Virus record (IMG/VR): IMGVR_UViG_3300020183_000046
Span: 1-64,000 of that record
DNA length: 64,000 nt
DNA from: a virus
Direction: 5' to 3' (one strand)
Under the pieces are notes generated by a model. The model made no database searches. It had not been told where the DNA came from and saw only the letters and a list, made by a program, of their open reading frames with translations. The position numbers were made by a program, and so were the translations under genes. Shown one piece after another: positions 50,070 through 59,684 of the stretch. The first letter of the stretch is position 1. Each line of letters begins with the position of its first letter.

Positions 50070-50875
50070 CCGATCATATCCAGCGGTGGCATTTCGTACA
50101 TCGTGAGCATTTCTGACTCAAGTTTTTCTACTGCTTCTTTTCCTTCGTTGTAAATAAATTCACCGTTCATGGTGATTCCACCAGGAAGTTGAGCGCCCTG
50201 GAACTTAATCAGGTTTGCTCCCCACTGACGACGAATCAAAGCAGTTAGATATCTCTTAACCCAGATATCGTTATATACATTATTGTAATCTGCTGGATCA
50301 ATAGCTCGATAACATTCGAATACCAAGTAGTCTCCAGCCGCAAGATCTTCTTGAACGTCGATATCTAAGAAGAGGCGATTTCCTCTCATATTAAATCTTA
50401 CTTGCTTCTGCCCTTCGAGTAAAAAATAGATATCTTCAAGTCTTCTGTTTACCATTTCATAAGTCAGAATCTCAGTTTGAGTAAGATCCCAAAGATCATT
50501 AAGTCTCCACTGATATCTAACATCAAAAAGATTAGTTGTATTTTTTGAAGTAAAATCAAAGATCTTGATCACACTTGTAATGTGAGATGGAAGTGTGATA
50601 AAATTATTTTGCTCTTTAAATGATGTAGATCTTGCACCAACCTGAGTCGTTGTAGTAGTCGTATCAGTTTTCATCAGGTCAATTGTTGCTTGATCAAATT
50701 GATACTTCAAATAAGTTTTGATGTATCCATCCATGTGACGCTCATTATAAAATTGGATAGCGTCATCTACGAGATCATCGATCTGATCATCATCGACGTT
50801 AATTTCTAATACTGGAGCTCCCAACTGACGCAGAGCGTAGTCGATAAGATTTTGTCTGGAAGATGGCTTTGACAT
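50066..50875 (-). CDS. g13: Neck protein (gp13)
   Basis: LRQLGAPVLEINVDDDQ; QWG.NLIKF.G.QLPGG. Confidence 0.94.
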   Translation of the reverse strand: MSKPSSRQNLIDYALRQLGAPVLEINVDDDQIDDLVDDAIQFYNERHMDGYIKTYLKYQFDQATIDLMKTDTTTTTTQVGARSTSFKEQNNFITLPSHITSVIKIFDFTSKNTTNLFDVRYQWRLNDLWDLTQTEILTYEMVNRRLEDIYFLLEGQKQVRFNMRGNRLFLDIDVQEDLAAGDYLVFECYRAIDPADYNNVYNDIWVKRYLTALIRRQWGANLIKFQGAQLPGGITMNGEFIYNEGKEAVEKLESEMLTMYEMPPLDMIG

Positions 50876-50877
50876 GA

Positions 50878-53800
50878 TTAAACTTGATTTACGTTGAACC
50901 TAATACGTACATAATAAGTTGTGTTTGGATCTAAAGATACATCCTGTGGTAGAATGTATTGGGTCTTGTTAGCGGTGTTACCAAGTGATTGGTGAATGAT
51001 TGTTTGGAATTGGTTTGTTGGTGAAAACTGCCAATCACTAGATGTGTGTGCATATCCAGCTTTAACTTGTGCTGGGTCTACATTAATTGTTGGATTAAAC
51101 GCGGGAACAATTGTTTGGATAACTGGTTGATCTACGAATGGAGTTGTGAAGTTTTGAGCAGAAGTGTAAGAACTTTCAAGACCATTTTGGTCTCTGAATT
51201 TTACTTGAACACTATAAACAGTATCAAATGACAGAATTCCAGGTGGGACTGTAAATGTTGTTAGATTTCCAGTGTCACCTGCTGCAAAAATGCTTGCTGT
51301 ATCATAGATGATTGTGTTATCTCCAACTCTTTTGATTCTCCAGAAAGTTGAATAGTGAGTCGATCCAGTATATTGAGAAACAAATGCTGATGTAGTAATT
51401 GTAGGAGTTCTGGAGAATGTTTTCAGCGTATCTGGATCTGTTGTTACAGTCACAGTAGCTGGAGCACTTACAAACTCAGATTCATTTACAGTCAACGTTG
51501 CAACGCTAGAAGTTACAGTAGTTGCAGCAAGGTTTGTTAGCACACATCTATATTGTACGTTTGGAGTTGTTGGATATACAGTTGGGGCAGTTGTATAACT
51601 GGAAGAGTTCGCACCATTAATATTACTCCAGTTAGCTCCAGAGTTACTTGAGATTTGCCACTGATATGAAATTACATCACTAGTAATCGTTGCAATTACA
51701 GTAAAGGTTGCAGTAAATCCTTCAATAACAGCAACGCTTTGTGGTTGTGTTGTTATTGTAATTACTCTGAGAACTGTAAGTAATGCAAATGTTGATGTTT
51801 GTGATCCAGCAGAACCAGTGAGAGTTACAACGCAACGATAACGATCATTATTATCTTGAGTGTATACTAACTGAGGAGTCGTATATGATGAGTTGGTCGC
51901 ACCAGAAATATTAGAGTAGTTAACACCACCATCATCAGATCTTTGCCACTGATAAGATGGAGCTCCACTACTTGCGCTAACAGTTACTGAGAATGTAACA
52001 GTACTATTTTCATTTGCTGTTTGATTATTTGGATTTGCAGTAATTGTGAAAGTTCTTAGTACAGTTAATGTGACACTATTTGTGTATGCTGGCGCAGCTG
52101 CACCAGTAGCATCAATTTTACATCTGTAGCGATCTCCATTATCACTGGCATATGTAAGAGTTCCTGTTGTATATGATGCTGAAGTAGCTCCAGAGATATC
52201 TCCCCAGTTGCTTCCGCCATCATCTGATTTCTGCCACTGATATGTTACTGGTGGTTCGTGCTGGGACTGCAGAGATACTGAGTATGGATCTATGGAGTTA
52301 CCACTACCTGCAGAAGGAGTTGTGAAATCTTCAACGTCAAAGGAGGATGAAGCTGCATTAGCTCCAATCTGACCCATCGTTACATCACCAAGACATGTAA
52401 ATGTTGCCGTGGCATTTTCATTTGCAGTTTTATTTGTTGGTTGTTGAATAACTACTGGAGTTACTGTTTCTACTTGTAATGTTGCACTTCCCGAGTTGAC
52501 TGGAGTAGCTCCAGTACATGAAAGAACGCAACGATATCTTTGCTCATCATTTGATGCAGTTAATGTTGGAGTTGTATAAGTTGCTGTTGTTGCACCACTT
52601 CCTCCAACTACGTTAGACCACGATGCTCCACCATTAATTGAGAACTGCCACTGGTAGGTAATATCTCCAGGATCACTGTCGGAGGTTGTAGCTACAACGC
52701 TAAACTGTACTGTACCACCAACTGCTCCAGTTACATTTTGAGGTTGAGTTGTAACTGTAATTGTTCGAGTCAATAGCAGTTGAGCTGCACTTGACGTTAC
52801 TGGAGATGCTCCAGTTGCTGAGCAAATGCATCTATAGTAATGTCCAAAATCAGCATCGTATGTTGTTGCTCCTGTTGTATAAGACGCAGACGTTGCTCCA
52901 GATACTGATGTGTATGAGATACCATCGTTAGATTTTTCCCACTGATAAGATATTGATGCAGCATCAAGTGTAGATGCGGTTACGAAGAATGTGGCTGCAG
53001 CAGGAGCCACTGGAGTTTGGTTAGTTGGTTGAGTGCCAATAGTAACTACTCTGAATACTGTTAGTGTTGCTGAGTTTGTCGTTGTTGTTGCAACTGCAGT
53101 CGCACTGTTAAGAACACAACGATATTGATTGCCATTAAAAGCAAAATCATCATCTACGGTAAGAGTTCCAGTTGTTTCTCCACTATGTCCAGCAAGAGAA
53201 GAAATATTTGCCCAAGTAGAACCACCGTTTGTTGAACGCTGCCACTGAAAAGTAACGGTTGATCCATCATCTGCAGTACCAGCAGCAGTAAATGTTGCGT
53301 TAATACCAGCTCCCGCTTCTACTGAAGTATTTGATGGTTGAGTTGTGACAGTAATTGCTACCCCAGTGCCAGTAATTGTGAAGTTATAATTTCTAGACTG
53401 ACCAGTTGTAGTTTCAGTAACTGTAATATTATATGTAAGATTTTGATATGATGCAGTTACTGTACCAGAAAGAACACCAGTGGTTCCATTAAAGGTAAGA
53501 CCAGTTCCAGAAATACTAGTGCCACTTAAAGTGTAACCTTGAATTGTAATTGGTTCTGAAGCCCAAGTTGTAAGTGAACTAAGTCCAAGATTGAGATTGA
53601 TTGATGCTCCATTCGCAAAAGGAGTTCCAGTGAGAGAACCAGATGCTGCCGCCCAAGTTACTATGATATCAACATATGGATAAACGGATCCTCTATTAGT
53701 TGTACCTAAGCTTGAGAGATTAAAATCTACACCTGGATCTACTGGAATATTTTTAATAGCAGTGCTTGTACCTCCAGTCTCCTGGGCATCGGTTTGGGTA

Positions 53801-55950
53801 TACAGTTGAGTTCCACTAAATTCTGGTCCATCAGATGCTTCATGAGTTCCAGTTACAATAGCAAGATAATGACCAGATCCTCCAGCATTTGCCTGTGTTG
53901 ATAATCCAGAAGATGCCATAGTAACAGTAATTGTATAGTTCCCTGCATTTTGTGCAGAGATTGTCAACCACTGTGTACCTTGCTGTTGAATATTAACTCC
54001 ACCAACTGTTGTTCCTGATATAGCTCTTAACTGTACTTTCTTACCGACGTTTCCAATAAAGTATGCAGAATCTGCTGGATTGAAAGAGATAATTAAATTA
54101 CTTGATCCATTACTTACAGTAAATGGATTTGTTGGTAAAACTTTTTCTTCAATACTATTGATTGGATATTGATCTGTCCCACATCCATTTCCTAAGAAAT
54201 CAGCACCACTTCCCCTAACAAAAGATTTTGATAACTGTGGTAAGTATGGTGTTGTTCTTGTGTACGAATTTGCAGCGACCCAAGAAGCTAAAATACCAGT
54301 GACGATTGGGCAGGAGAAAGAAGTTCCGCTGATGATATCATAGTTAGATGTTGAGGTATAGACTGTGTTACTAGTCCAATCATACTTTGGAGAAACCAAT
54401 CTTATACCTGGAGCAGTAGTGGTTACACCACCACCATAGTTTGAAAAATATGCCCAACGGTCATTATATTCTGTTGCACCAACAGAAATTTTATTTTGAT
54501 TTGCATCAACTGAATTAAATACTGGATCACTATATCCAGCAGTTCTAGTACCTGCAATATACTTTCCTTGGATTGGACCAGCAAAATTGCCAGAGGTATC
54601 TACAAATCCATTACCAGCAGATCTAGCTAAAATAATATTGTAAGTATCAGTTACAGTCTTTTCAATTTCATCAAGCAATTCTACCTCAACTCCAGCATCA
54701 GTTCCAGCATCGTTGAGTTCAATATAAGGATATGATCCACTAGGAATTGTTGGACCAAATGATGCGTTGATAATAGCTGGACGATTGTTTCCTTTGTAGT
54801 TTGCATCTAAAGGATCGTTGTGATCAATTACTGCCTGATATGCCGATAAGATTTGAGAGTATGAAGAAGACAATCCGCTATTAAATGCCTTCAGTGAATA
54901 TATCCTTGCCTTTCTAGAAACACCTGCTGTTCTACCAGATGACATGATTGCACAGAAAGTTCCGTGACCATTATCATCTTCGTTATTAGTACCGTATGCT
55001 CCAGCATAGTGTGAGAGTTGATATACTCTATAGTTTTGTTGTTCTGCTGTACCGTTTAAGTTAGTTGCAAAATCTGGATCATAAAGTTCTGGGTGTAGTG
55101 CTGCGTTTGTTCCTGTTGGTCTGCTTGCTCCACGAACACCAGAATCAATAACATAGATGTCTACACCATCCCCAGTTTCAGTTGCACTAAATTCTCTATT
55201 GAGATATGAACGATCTGACTTTGTAATTCTATCCAGGTGCCAGTAATCATGAATATTAATTGTTCCATATAAATTTGGTGCTGCTTGATATCTGCCCATG
55301 CCAGAATGAACAGTACAATAGTAGAATAAAATGGATGGAGTCGTCGCTCCAACAACTATTCTAGTGTATGAACCAACAGTACCAGAAGTTCCAGATACAG
55401 ATACTCCAGATGTTAATTGGGTTCCACCACCATGAGTTCCATCTGGAGTTTCGGAAAATCTAAATGGGTGTCCAGCATTTGATGAGTGTGCAGTATCAAA
55501 TGTATATGTGCCACCCTGTAGGAATCCACTGAGGTTTAAGTATCTTATGTATATTCCACCAGATGTTTGAGAGAATGTATAAAAATTACTTCCACCAATA
55601 TTAGCAACTCTTACATATATTGTACCAGTGCCAGAAGTTGTAATATTTCTTGTTCCGTAAGTTGCATCCGCTGCTGCTTCATTTAAAGTTTCATCTTCAT
55701 GGGCAACAACATTCGATTCAACTGAATCTGCTGGATCACAAGTAACTTCCATATCCCATGTTGCCTGATGCCCTAATGAGCGAATATCATACAAGGCAGT
55801 TTCTTCGTTTTCCTCTGGTACATCAAAGGTAACGATACTAAAGCTTCTAAATTTCTCTACAAAAACTAAGTATCCAAATTGATCTAGGATAGAGTCCTTT
55901 GCCGCTTCTAGATCAGAATTATTGGTTACCTTGACTACTACCCTCTTCAT
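50878..55950 (-). CDS. S8 subtilisin-like serine protease with cupredoxin-like insert, six Ig-like repeats and FN3-like C-terminus
   Basis: Triad VIDSG / NGHGT / SGTSFSCP; oxyanion SAGN; six [FY]QW[QE]..YRC repeats. Confidence 0.88.
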   Translation of the reverse strand: MKRVVVKVTNNSDLEAAKDSILDQFGYLVFVEKFRSFSIVTFDVPEENEETALYDIRSLGHQATWDMEVTCDPADSVESNVVAHEDETLNEAAADATYGTRNITTSGTGTIYVRVANIGGSNFYTFSQTSGGIYIRYLNLSGFLQGGTYTFDTAHSSNAGHPFRFSETPDGTHGGGTQLTSGVSVSGTSGTVGSYTRIVVGATTPSILFYYCTVHSGMGRYQAAPNLYGTINIHDYWHLDRITKSDRSYLNREFSATETGDGVDIYVIDSGVRGASRPTGTNAALHPELYDPDFATNLNGTAEQQNYRVYQLSHYAGAYGTNNEDDNGHGTFCAIMSSGRTAGVSRKARIYSLKAFNSGLSSSYSQILSAYQAVIDHNDPLDANYKGNNRPAIINASFGPTIPSGSYPYIELNDAGTDAGVEVELLDEIEKTVTDTYNIILARSAGNGFVDTSGNFAGPIQGKYIAGTRTAGYSDPVFNSVDANQNKISVGATEYNDRWAYFSNYGGGVTTTAPGIRLVSPKYDWTSNTVYTSTSNYDIISGTSFSCPIVTGILASWVAANSYTRTTPYLPQLSKSFVRGSGADFLGNGCGTDQYPINSIEEKVLPTNPFTVSNGSSNLIISFNPADSAYFIGNVGKKVQLRAISGTTVGGVNIQQQGTQWLTISAQNAGNYTITVTMASSGLSTQANAGGSGHYLAIVTGTHEASDGPEFSGTQLYTQTDAQETGGTSTAIKNIPVDPGVDFNLSSLGTTNRGSVYPYVDIIVTWAAASGSLTGTPFANGASINLNLGLSSLTTWASEPITIQGYTLSGTSISGTGLTFNGTTGVLSGTVTASYQNLTYNITVTETTTGQSRNYNFTITGTGVAITVTTQPSNTSVEAGAGINATFTAAGTADDGSTVTFQWQRSTNGGSTWANISSLAGHSGETTGTLTVDDDFAFNGNQYRCVLNSATAVATTTTNSATLTVFRVVTIGTQPTNQTPVAPAAATFFVTASTLDAASISYQWEKSNDGISYTSVSGATSASYTTGATTYDADFGHYYRCICSATGASPVTSSAAQLLLTRTITVTTQPQNVTGAVGGTVQFSVVATTSDSDPGDITYQWQFSINGGASWSNVVGGSGATTATYTTPTLTASNDEQRYRCVLSCTGATPVNSGSATLQVETVTPVVIQQPTNKTANENATATFTCLGDVTMGQIGANAASSSFDVEDFTTPSAGSGNSIDPYSVSLQSQHEPPVTYQWQKSDDGGSNWGDISGATSASYTTGTLTYASDNGDRYRCKIDATGAAAPAYTNSVTLTVLRTFTITANPNNQTANENSTVTFSVTVSASSGAPSYQWQRSDDGGVNYSNISGATNSSYTTPQLVYTQDNNDRYRCVVTLTGSAGSQTSTFALLTVLRVITITTQPQSVAVIEGFTATFTVIATITSDVISYQWQISSNSGANWSNINGANSSSYTTAPTVYPTTPNVQYRCVLTNLAATTVTSSVATLTVNESEFVSAPATVTVTTDPDTLKTFSRTPTITTSAFVSQYTGSTHYSTFWRIKRVGDNTIIYDTASIFAAGDTGNLTTFTVPPGILSFDTVYSVQVKFRDQNGLESSYTSAQNFTTPFVDQPVIQTIVPAFNPTINVDPAQVKAGYAHTSSDWQFSPTNQFQTIIHQSLGNTANKTQYILPQDVSLDPNTTYYVRIRFNVNQV

Positions 55951-55963
55951 TCGGTAAGCACAA

Positions 55964-55998
55964 AAAAGTCCTCTGTTGTATTTATACAGAGGACTTTT
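55964..55998 (-). promoter_or_regulatory. 13-bp terminator hairpin with late promoter TATAAATA across its loop
   Basis: AAAAGTCCTCTGT-ATAAATACA-ACAGAGGACTTTT. Confidence 0.8.
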
Positions 55999-56000
55999 GG

Positions 56001-56321
56001 TTAAGTATCTAGATTTGGAACATTAAGTTCTCGTAGATTCTTCGGTGTCATTTTTTCCAGAGGTTTGGTGTATTTCAAATCATGCTGACTATCAAAAGTA
56101 AATCTTGTAGTCACATGAGTTCTATCACCTCTCACAACCAAACTATAGTTCCAACCATAAACAGTTTGAGCTGTTGATATGGAAAGAATCTCTCTTCCTT
56201 CGTATAGATCACCAGATCTGTATGGAAGAGTTTCTAAATCTCCATCAAATTTTATTGGATTTCTGGAAGAGTTGATGTGCTCTAGTTGTCTAGCATCACT
56301 CGGCGGATTCGGTGATCTCAT
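56001..56321 (-). CDS. Hypothetical protein
   Basis: ORF track. Confidence 0.6.
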   Translation of the reverse strand: MRSPNPPSDARQLEHINSSRNPIKFDGDLETLPYRSGDLYEGREILSISTAQTVYGWNYSLVVRGDRTHVTTRFTFDSQHDLKYTKPLEKMTPKNLRELNVPNLDT

Positions 56322-56481
56322 TCTCTTGATTCTTTAAAGTCATATTCAAAGCTTCTATTGCTCCTTCTAATCTGAGAACCTGATTCTTTCTCGCTGTCAA
56401 AGCTGTTTCAAGTTCAACAATAGTTGCTTTTTGCTCTTTCAGTTGCTCGGTGAAATCCTTCACCATATCTTCTGTAGTCAT
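56296..56481 (-). CDS. Small coiled-coil protein
   Basis: LKEQKATIVELE...LRLEGAIEAL. Confidence 0.65.
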   Translation of the reverse strand: MTTEDMVKDFTEQLKEQKATIVELETALTARKNQVLRLEGAIEALNMTLKNQENEITESAE

Positions 56482-56505
56482 GGTTAATAATGATAACTGA
56501 TTTAT

Positions 56506-57216
56506 TTATTGTAAAAATGCATTAAATGTTAGACGGTTAGTACTCCACTCTCCTTGTTTAAAATATGGAGAATGCCAAAGTCTTCCCTCATACAACAATA
56601 CGGAATTATATTCATGAAGTTCAACATGATATCTTTCCCATTCTTTTGATTTATATTTTGATGGATCAAAATTAACAAAAGCATTAATATGATTTAGTGC
56701 TCTAGATGATCTGTAATTTTTATCAGAAGAAACAAATTCTTCACACAATTCAGTATTCCTAAAGAAAGCGGTTCCAGAATCTGTACCAACTAATTCTTCT
56801 GACTTATTCAAGCACAATACAGCAGCATAGTGAGTATCATCCGTGTGGGGTGATAGGCTACACATTCTACATTTTTCATTTACTTCATACATTTGAAAAG
56901 TAAAATCCGACATAGCTGGAATACTCATTACAGATCTACCAGCTTCAAAGTAAGTATGACAAGCAAATTTGAATGGCTCATTAAATTGTTTTGAGGTATG
57001 TCCAATTCTATGGACATATCCAGGTAAGTTTGTATATTCACCATTTAGCGTAGAAACATAATCACATGATAATGCATATGCTCTAACTGAATCTGGATTC
57101 TTGAAAAAATTTTTTATTTTGATTATACGATTTTTACTCTTACCAATATGTGTTTGCTCAACATCCCAATCTCTAGGATGATGTACTTCTAATATATCTG
57201 GATTAATTACTTTCAT
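56506..57216 (-). CDS. 2OG-Fe(II) oxygenase-like protein (DUF6445-like)
   Basis: NFFKNPD.VR; PHTD..YAAVLCLN; GTAFFR; WHSP; RLT. Confidence 0.75.
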   Translation of the reverse strand: MKVINPDILEVHHPRDWDVEQTHIGKSKNRIIKIKNFFKNPDSVRAYALSCDYVSTLNGEYTNLPGYVHRIGHTSKQFNEPFKFACHTYFEAGRSVMSIPAMSDFTFQMYEVNEKCRMCSLSPHTDDTHYAAVLCLNKSEELVGTDSGTAFFRNTELCEEFVSSDKNYRSSRALNHINAFVNFDPSKYKSKEWERYHVELHEYNSVLLYEGRLWHSPYFKQGEWSTNRLTFNAFLQ

Positions 57217-58963
57217 TTCCAAAATACTCATCAACTACTTTAGTTTTCTCTAAGACCAAAACATGAATTCCATTCCACCAGTGGGTAGGATTTTCTATTA
57301 TACCACTTAGAAGTTTTCTTTCAAAATAACAAGTTAAATTATTTTCCTTTACGAATTGTACAGTTCCTTCAACAACACCATCAAAATTAGCATCATCCAC
57401 AACCAAAATAAATTTATCATCTAAAAATGGTAAAATATGATTGAGGTTATTCATCTGCTCAATCATATCATGATTTGCATCATAGAAAACTACATTTGGT
57501 TTATATCCATCAAAGTCATCTTTAGTTAGTTCTTGAGCACTAGCTTTTATGAAAACGGAATTACCATTTTCATATTTTTCCCAGTGCTGAACAAGCATAT
57601 CATATGGATTTGATATTTCTGCCCATGAAACATGGGGCATCATGGGTTTACATTCTGGTTCAGAAAAATCGTCAACTCCAAAACATTTTGTAGCATTATT
57701 CATTCCTGCAGCAAAGAATGTACTTCCAATAAAAGTTCCAATCTCTAAGTATACTGAATCTTTATGCGAACATAAACTATTTAAAAAATGTCTAACTCTA
57801 TCAGAGGTCAATCCACGTACAATATAGTTTTCTGGGTTATAGTTTGAAGATCTTGTCAATCCATCATTAATTGCTTTTAATGTTCTCTTTGTAAATTCAT
57901 CAACTTCAGTTGGTCTTTCATCTCGTTTGAGATGAGATTCAACAACAGCTTCACAGTAATTACAATCCCAGCAATTAAACTGGCAAGTTTTAATTTTTTC
58001 TCTCCAAATATCAATTGGTTTTTTCTCCATGGATAAATCTTCCATGTAATTATTAAAGGTTGGAAAAAGTAAATCATCTTCTTTTGCCCACCTTTCAACA
58101 ATATCCATAGATTCTTTTAACTTCATGGTGTTTTCTCTACCATGCATTTTAAATACATCAATACCTAAATCTAAAAATTCATTCCAGTCCTCTCTCCATG
58201 GTGGGAGATTTGCAGATTTTAATGCATGTGAATTATCTTGAATATCCCAAAGAGCACATGAATTTGTACTAATTGGATCCATGAAATATTGAGGAATATT
58301 TTCAGTTCTAGTGTTATTAAAATGGTAGTGTTCATCCATCATGGAACATCCTCCCCAGCAACCCTCATTTGCCAAAAGAGAAAGTTCTACTGGTTTACCA
58401 ATAGATGCACAGTATTCCTTAGATTTTTTAATCTTAAGTAAGGAATCTCTATCTCTCATTAAATCCCTATCGAGATTAATATAATGAAACCCAGCATTAG
58501 CTAGTGATACAATCTCATTTGCTTTAGTTACATTTCTCAGGATTGTATTTTTAATTTTAAGTTCTGGAAATTCTTTTTGTATAATGCCAGAAGCAACCCA
58601 ACTGGTATGTGGAATAGTTGCTATTCTAACTCCATTATCATATAACTGTTTGAAGTTGTGTACAAATAGATCTAAATTTTCTTGGTCTGGTCTAACATAG
58701 ATATTATTGAATGTTGCGGATAATGGAATTCCTGCTGCATCTGCAATAGATTTTGCATTATAAAAAAGTTGCACAATATCTCCAGCAAAAACATCTCCCA
58801 TAGCATCATTAACAAATGGGGGCATTCTTGATGTAAAATAAAGATCTACAATATAATCTTTATATTTTTTTAACCAAGGAACAAATACTGTCTCTGCAAA
58901 TTTAGAATCAATCTTCGGATTTATTGGAAGACTGAAGACGAATTTTTTCTTTTGGGATGTCAT
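57203..58963 (-). CDS. Peptidase U32-family (Fe-S) domain fused to class I SAM methyltransferase
   Basis: INLDRDLMR; NEGCWGGC; DVFKMHGRE; CxxxCxxCxxC; then YLEIGTFIGST, GVDDF, FYDANH, VDD. Confidence 0.75.
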   Translation of the reverse strand: MTSQKKKFVFSLPINPKIDSKFAETVFVPWLKKYKDYIVDLYFTSRMPPFVNDAMGDVFAGDIVQLFYNAKSIADAAGIPLSATFNNIYVRPDQENLDLFVHNFKQLYDNGVRIATIPHTSWVASGIIQKEFPELKIKNTILRNVTKANEIVSLANAGFHYINLDRDLMRDRDSLLKIKKSKEYCASIGKPVELSLLANEGCWGGCSMMDEHYHFNNTRTENIPQYFMDPISTNSCALWDIQDNSHALKSANLPPWREDWNEFLDLGIDVFKMHGRENTMKLKESMDIVERWAKEDDLLFPTFNNYMEDLSMEKKPIDIWREKIKTCQFNCWDCNYCEAVVESHLKRDERPTEVDEFTKRTLKAINDGLTRSSNYNPENYIVRGLTSDRVRHFLNSLCSHKDSVYLEIGTFIGSTFFAAGMNNATKCFGVDDFSEPECKPMMPHVSWAEISNPYDMLVQHWEKYENGNSVFIKASAQELTKDDFDGYKPNVVFYDANHDMIEQMNNLNHILPFLDDKFILVVDDANFDGVVEGTVQFVKENNLTCYFERKLLSGIIENPTHWWNGIHVLVLEKTKVVDEYFGNESN

Positions 58964-59684
58964 ACTTCACTTCAGGTAATGTTGGTTTTTGGTCAGTCAA
59001 TTCAGACCCATTAATTTGTGGAGGTCTAAAGTCTTCAAGTTTTCCATTCAATATAGATTGCATAGCTGGTTCCATTTGTTTTTGCATATTTCCAATACCA
59101 GCACGAAGGAGAGATGAATGATGAACGGCTCCAGATAAAACTTGAATTTGATCTTCTGGTTGCATGTTCATAATTGAATCCATGTTTCCACTTCCAATAT
59201 TCCCAAAGGAAATGATATCAACGGCAGCTTGTTTTGCCATTCTACTGATCCAATATTTACGATCCTCTTCTTCATTATTTTTCAAATAGTATTCTTTACC
59301 AAGATTGGGATCGATATCTTTCTCTAATTCTTCTACGAAGTGCTCAACTTCTTTCTTGATAAGTCTATATTTCTGTTCCCAGATAGATTTATCATAGTGA
59401 GCTTTTTCAAGTTCGATCGCAATCATTTCTTTCTCAAGATCGTCTTGCTCTAATTTTAAAGCTCTTTCTAATTGTTTAATCTGAACAGTATTTTTCTTCA
59501 GACGATATTCAAGCTCTACCCTACTATTATCTCTCATCTGGAGTTCAAGAAAAGCTTGTTGAACTCTTTTGAATGGAGTTATTTGGGATCCACAAACAAA
59601 ATTTTGATTTTGGTATCTTGTTTGCCCACCCTCTAATTTGTAAGATAATTCAATCCAAGATTTTTCAGAATCCGAAAGTTCCAT
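58908..59684 (-). CDS. Helical hypothetical protein of the fibre-associated cassette
   Basis: YQ..NFV..SQITPFKR..Q..LEL; YWI.RMAKQAA.DI...G.I..GNMDSI. Confidence 0.7.
   Translation of the reverse strand: MELSDSEKSWIELSYKLEGGQTRYQNQNFVCGSQITPFKRVQQAFLELQMRDNSRVELEYRLKKNTVQIKQLERALKLEQDDLEKEMIAIELEKAHYDKSIWEQKYRLIKKEVEHFVEELEKDIDPNLGKEYYLKNNEEEDRKYWISRMAKQAAVDIISFGNIGSGNMDSIMNMQPEDQIQVLSGAVHHSSLLRAGIGNMQKQMEPAMQSILNGKLEDFRPPQINGSELTDQKPTLPEVKYDIPKEKIRLQSSNKSED

Noticed and set aside
51480-53370. Regularly spaced repeats resembling an array
   Set aside because: Degenerate protein-level Ig repeats of about 100 codons, not CRISPR or a DNA repeat array
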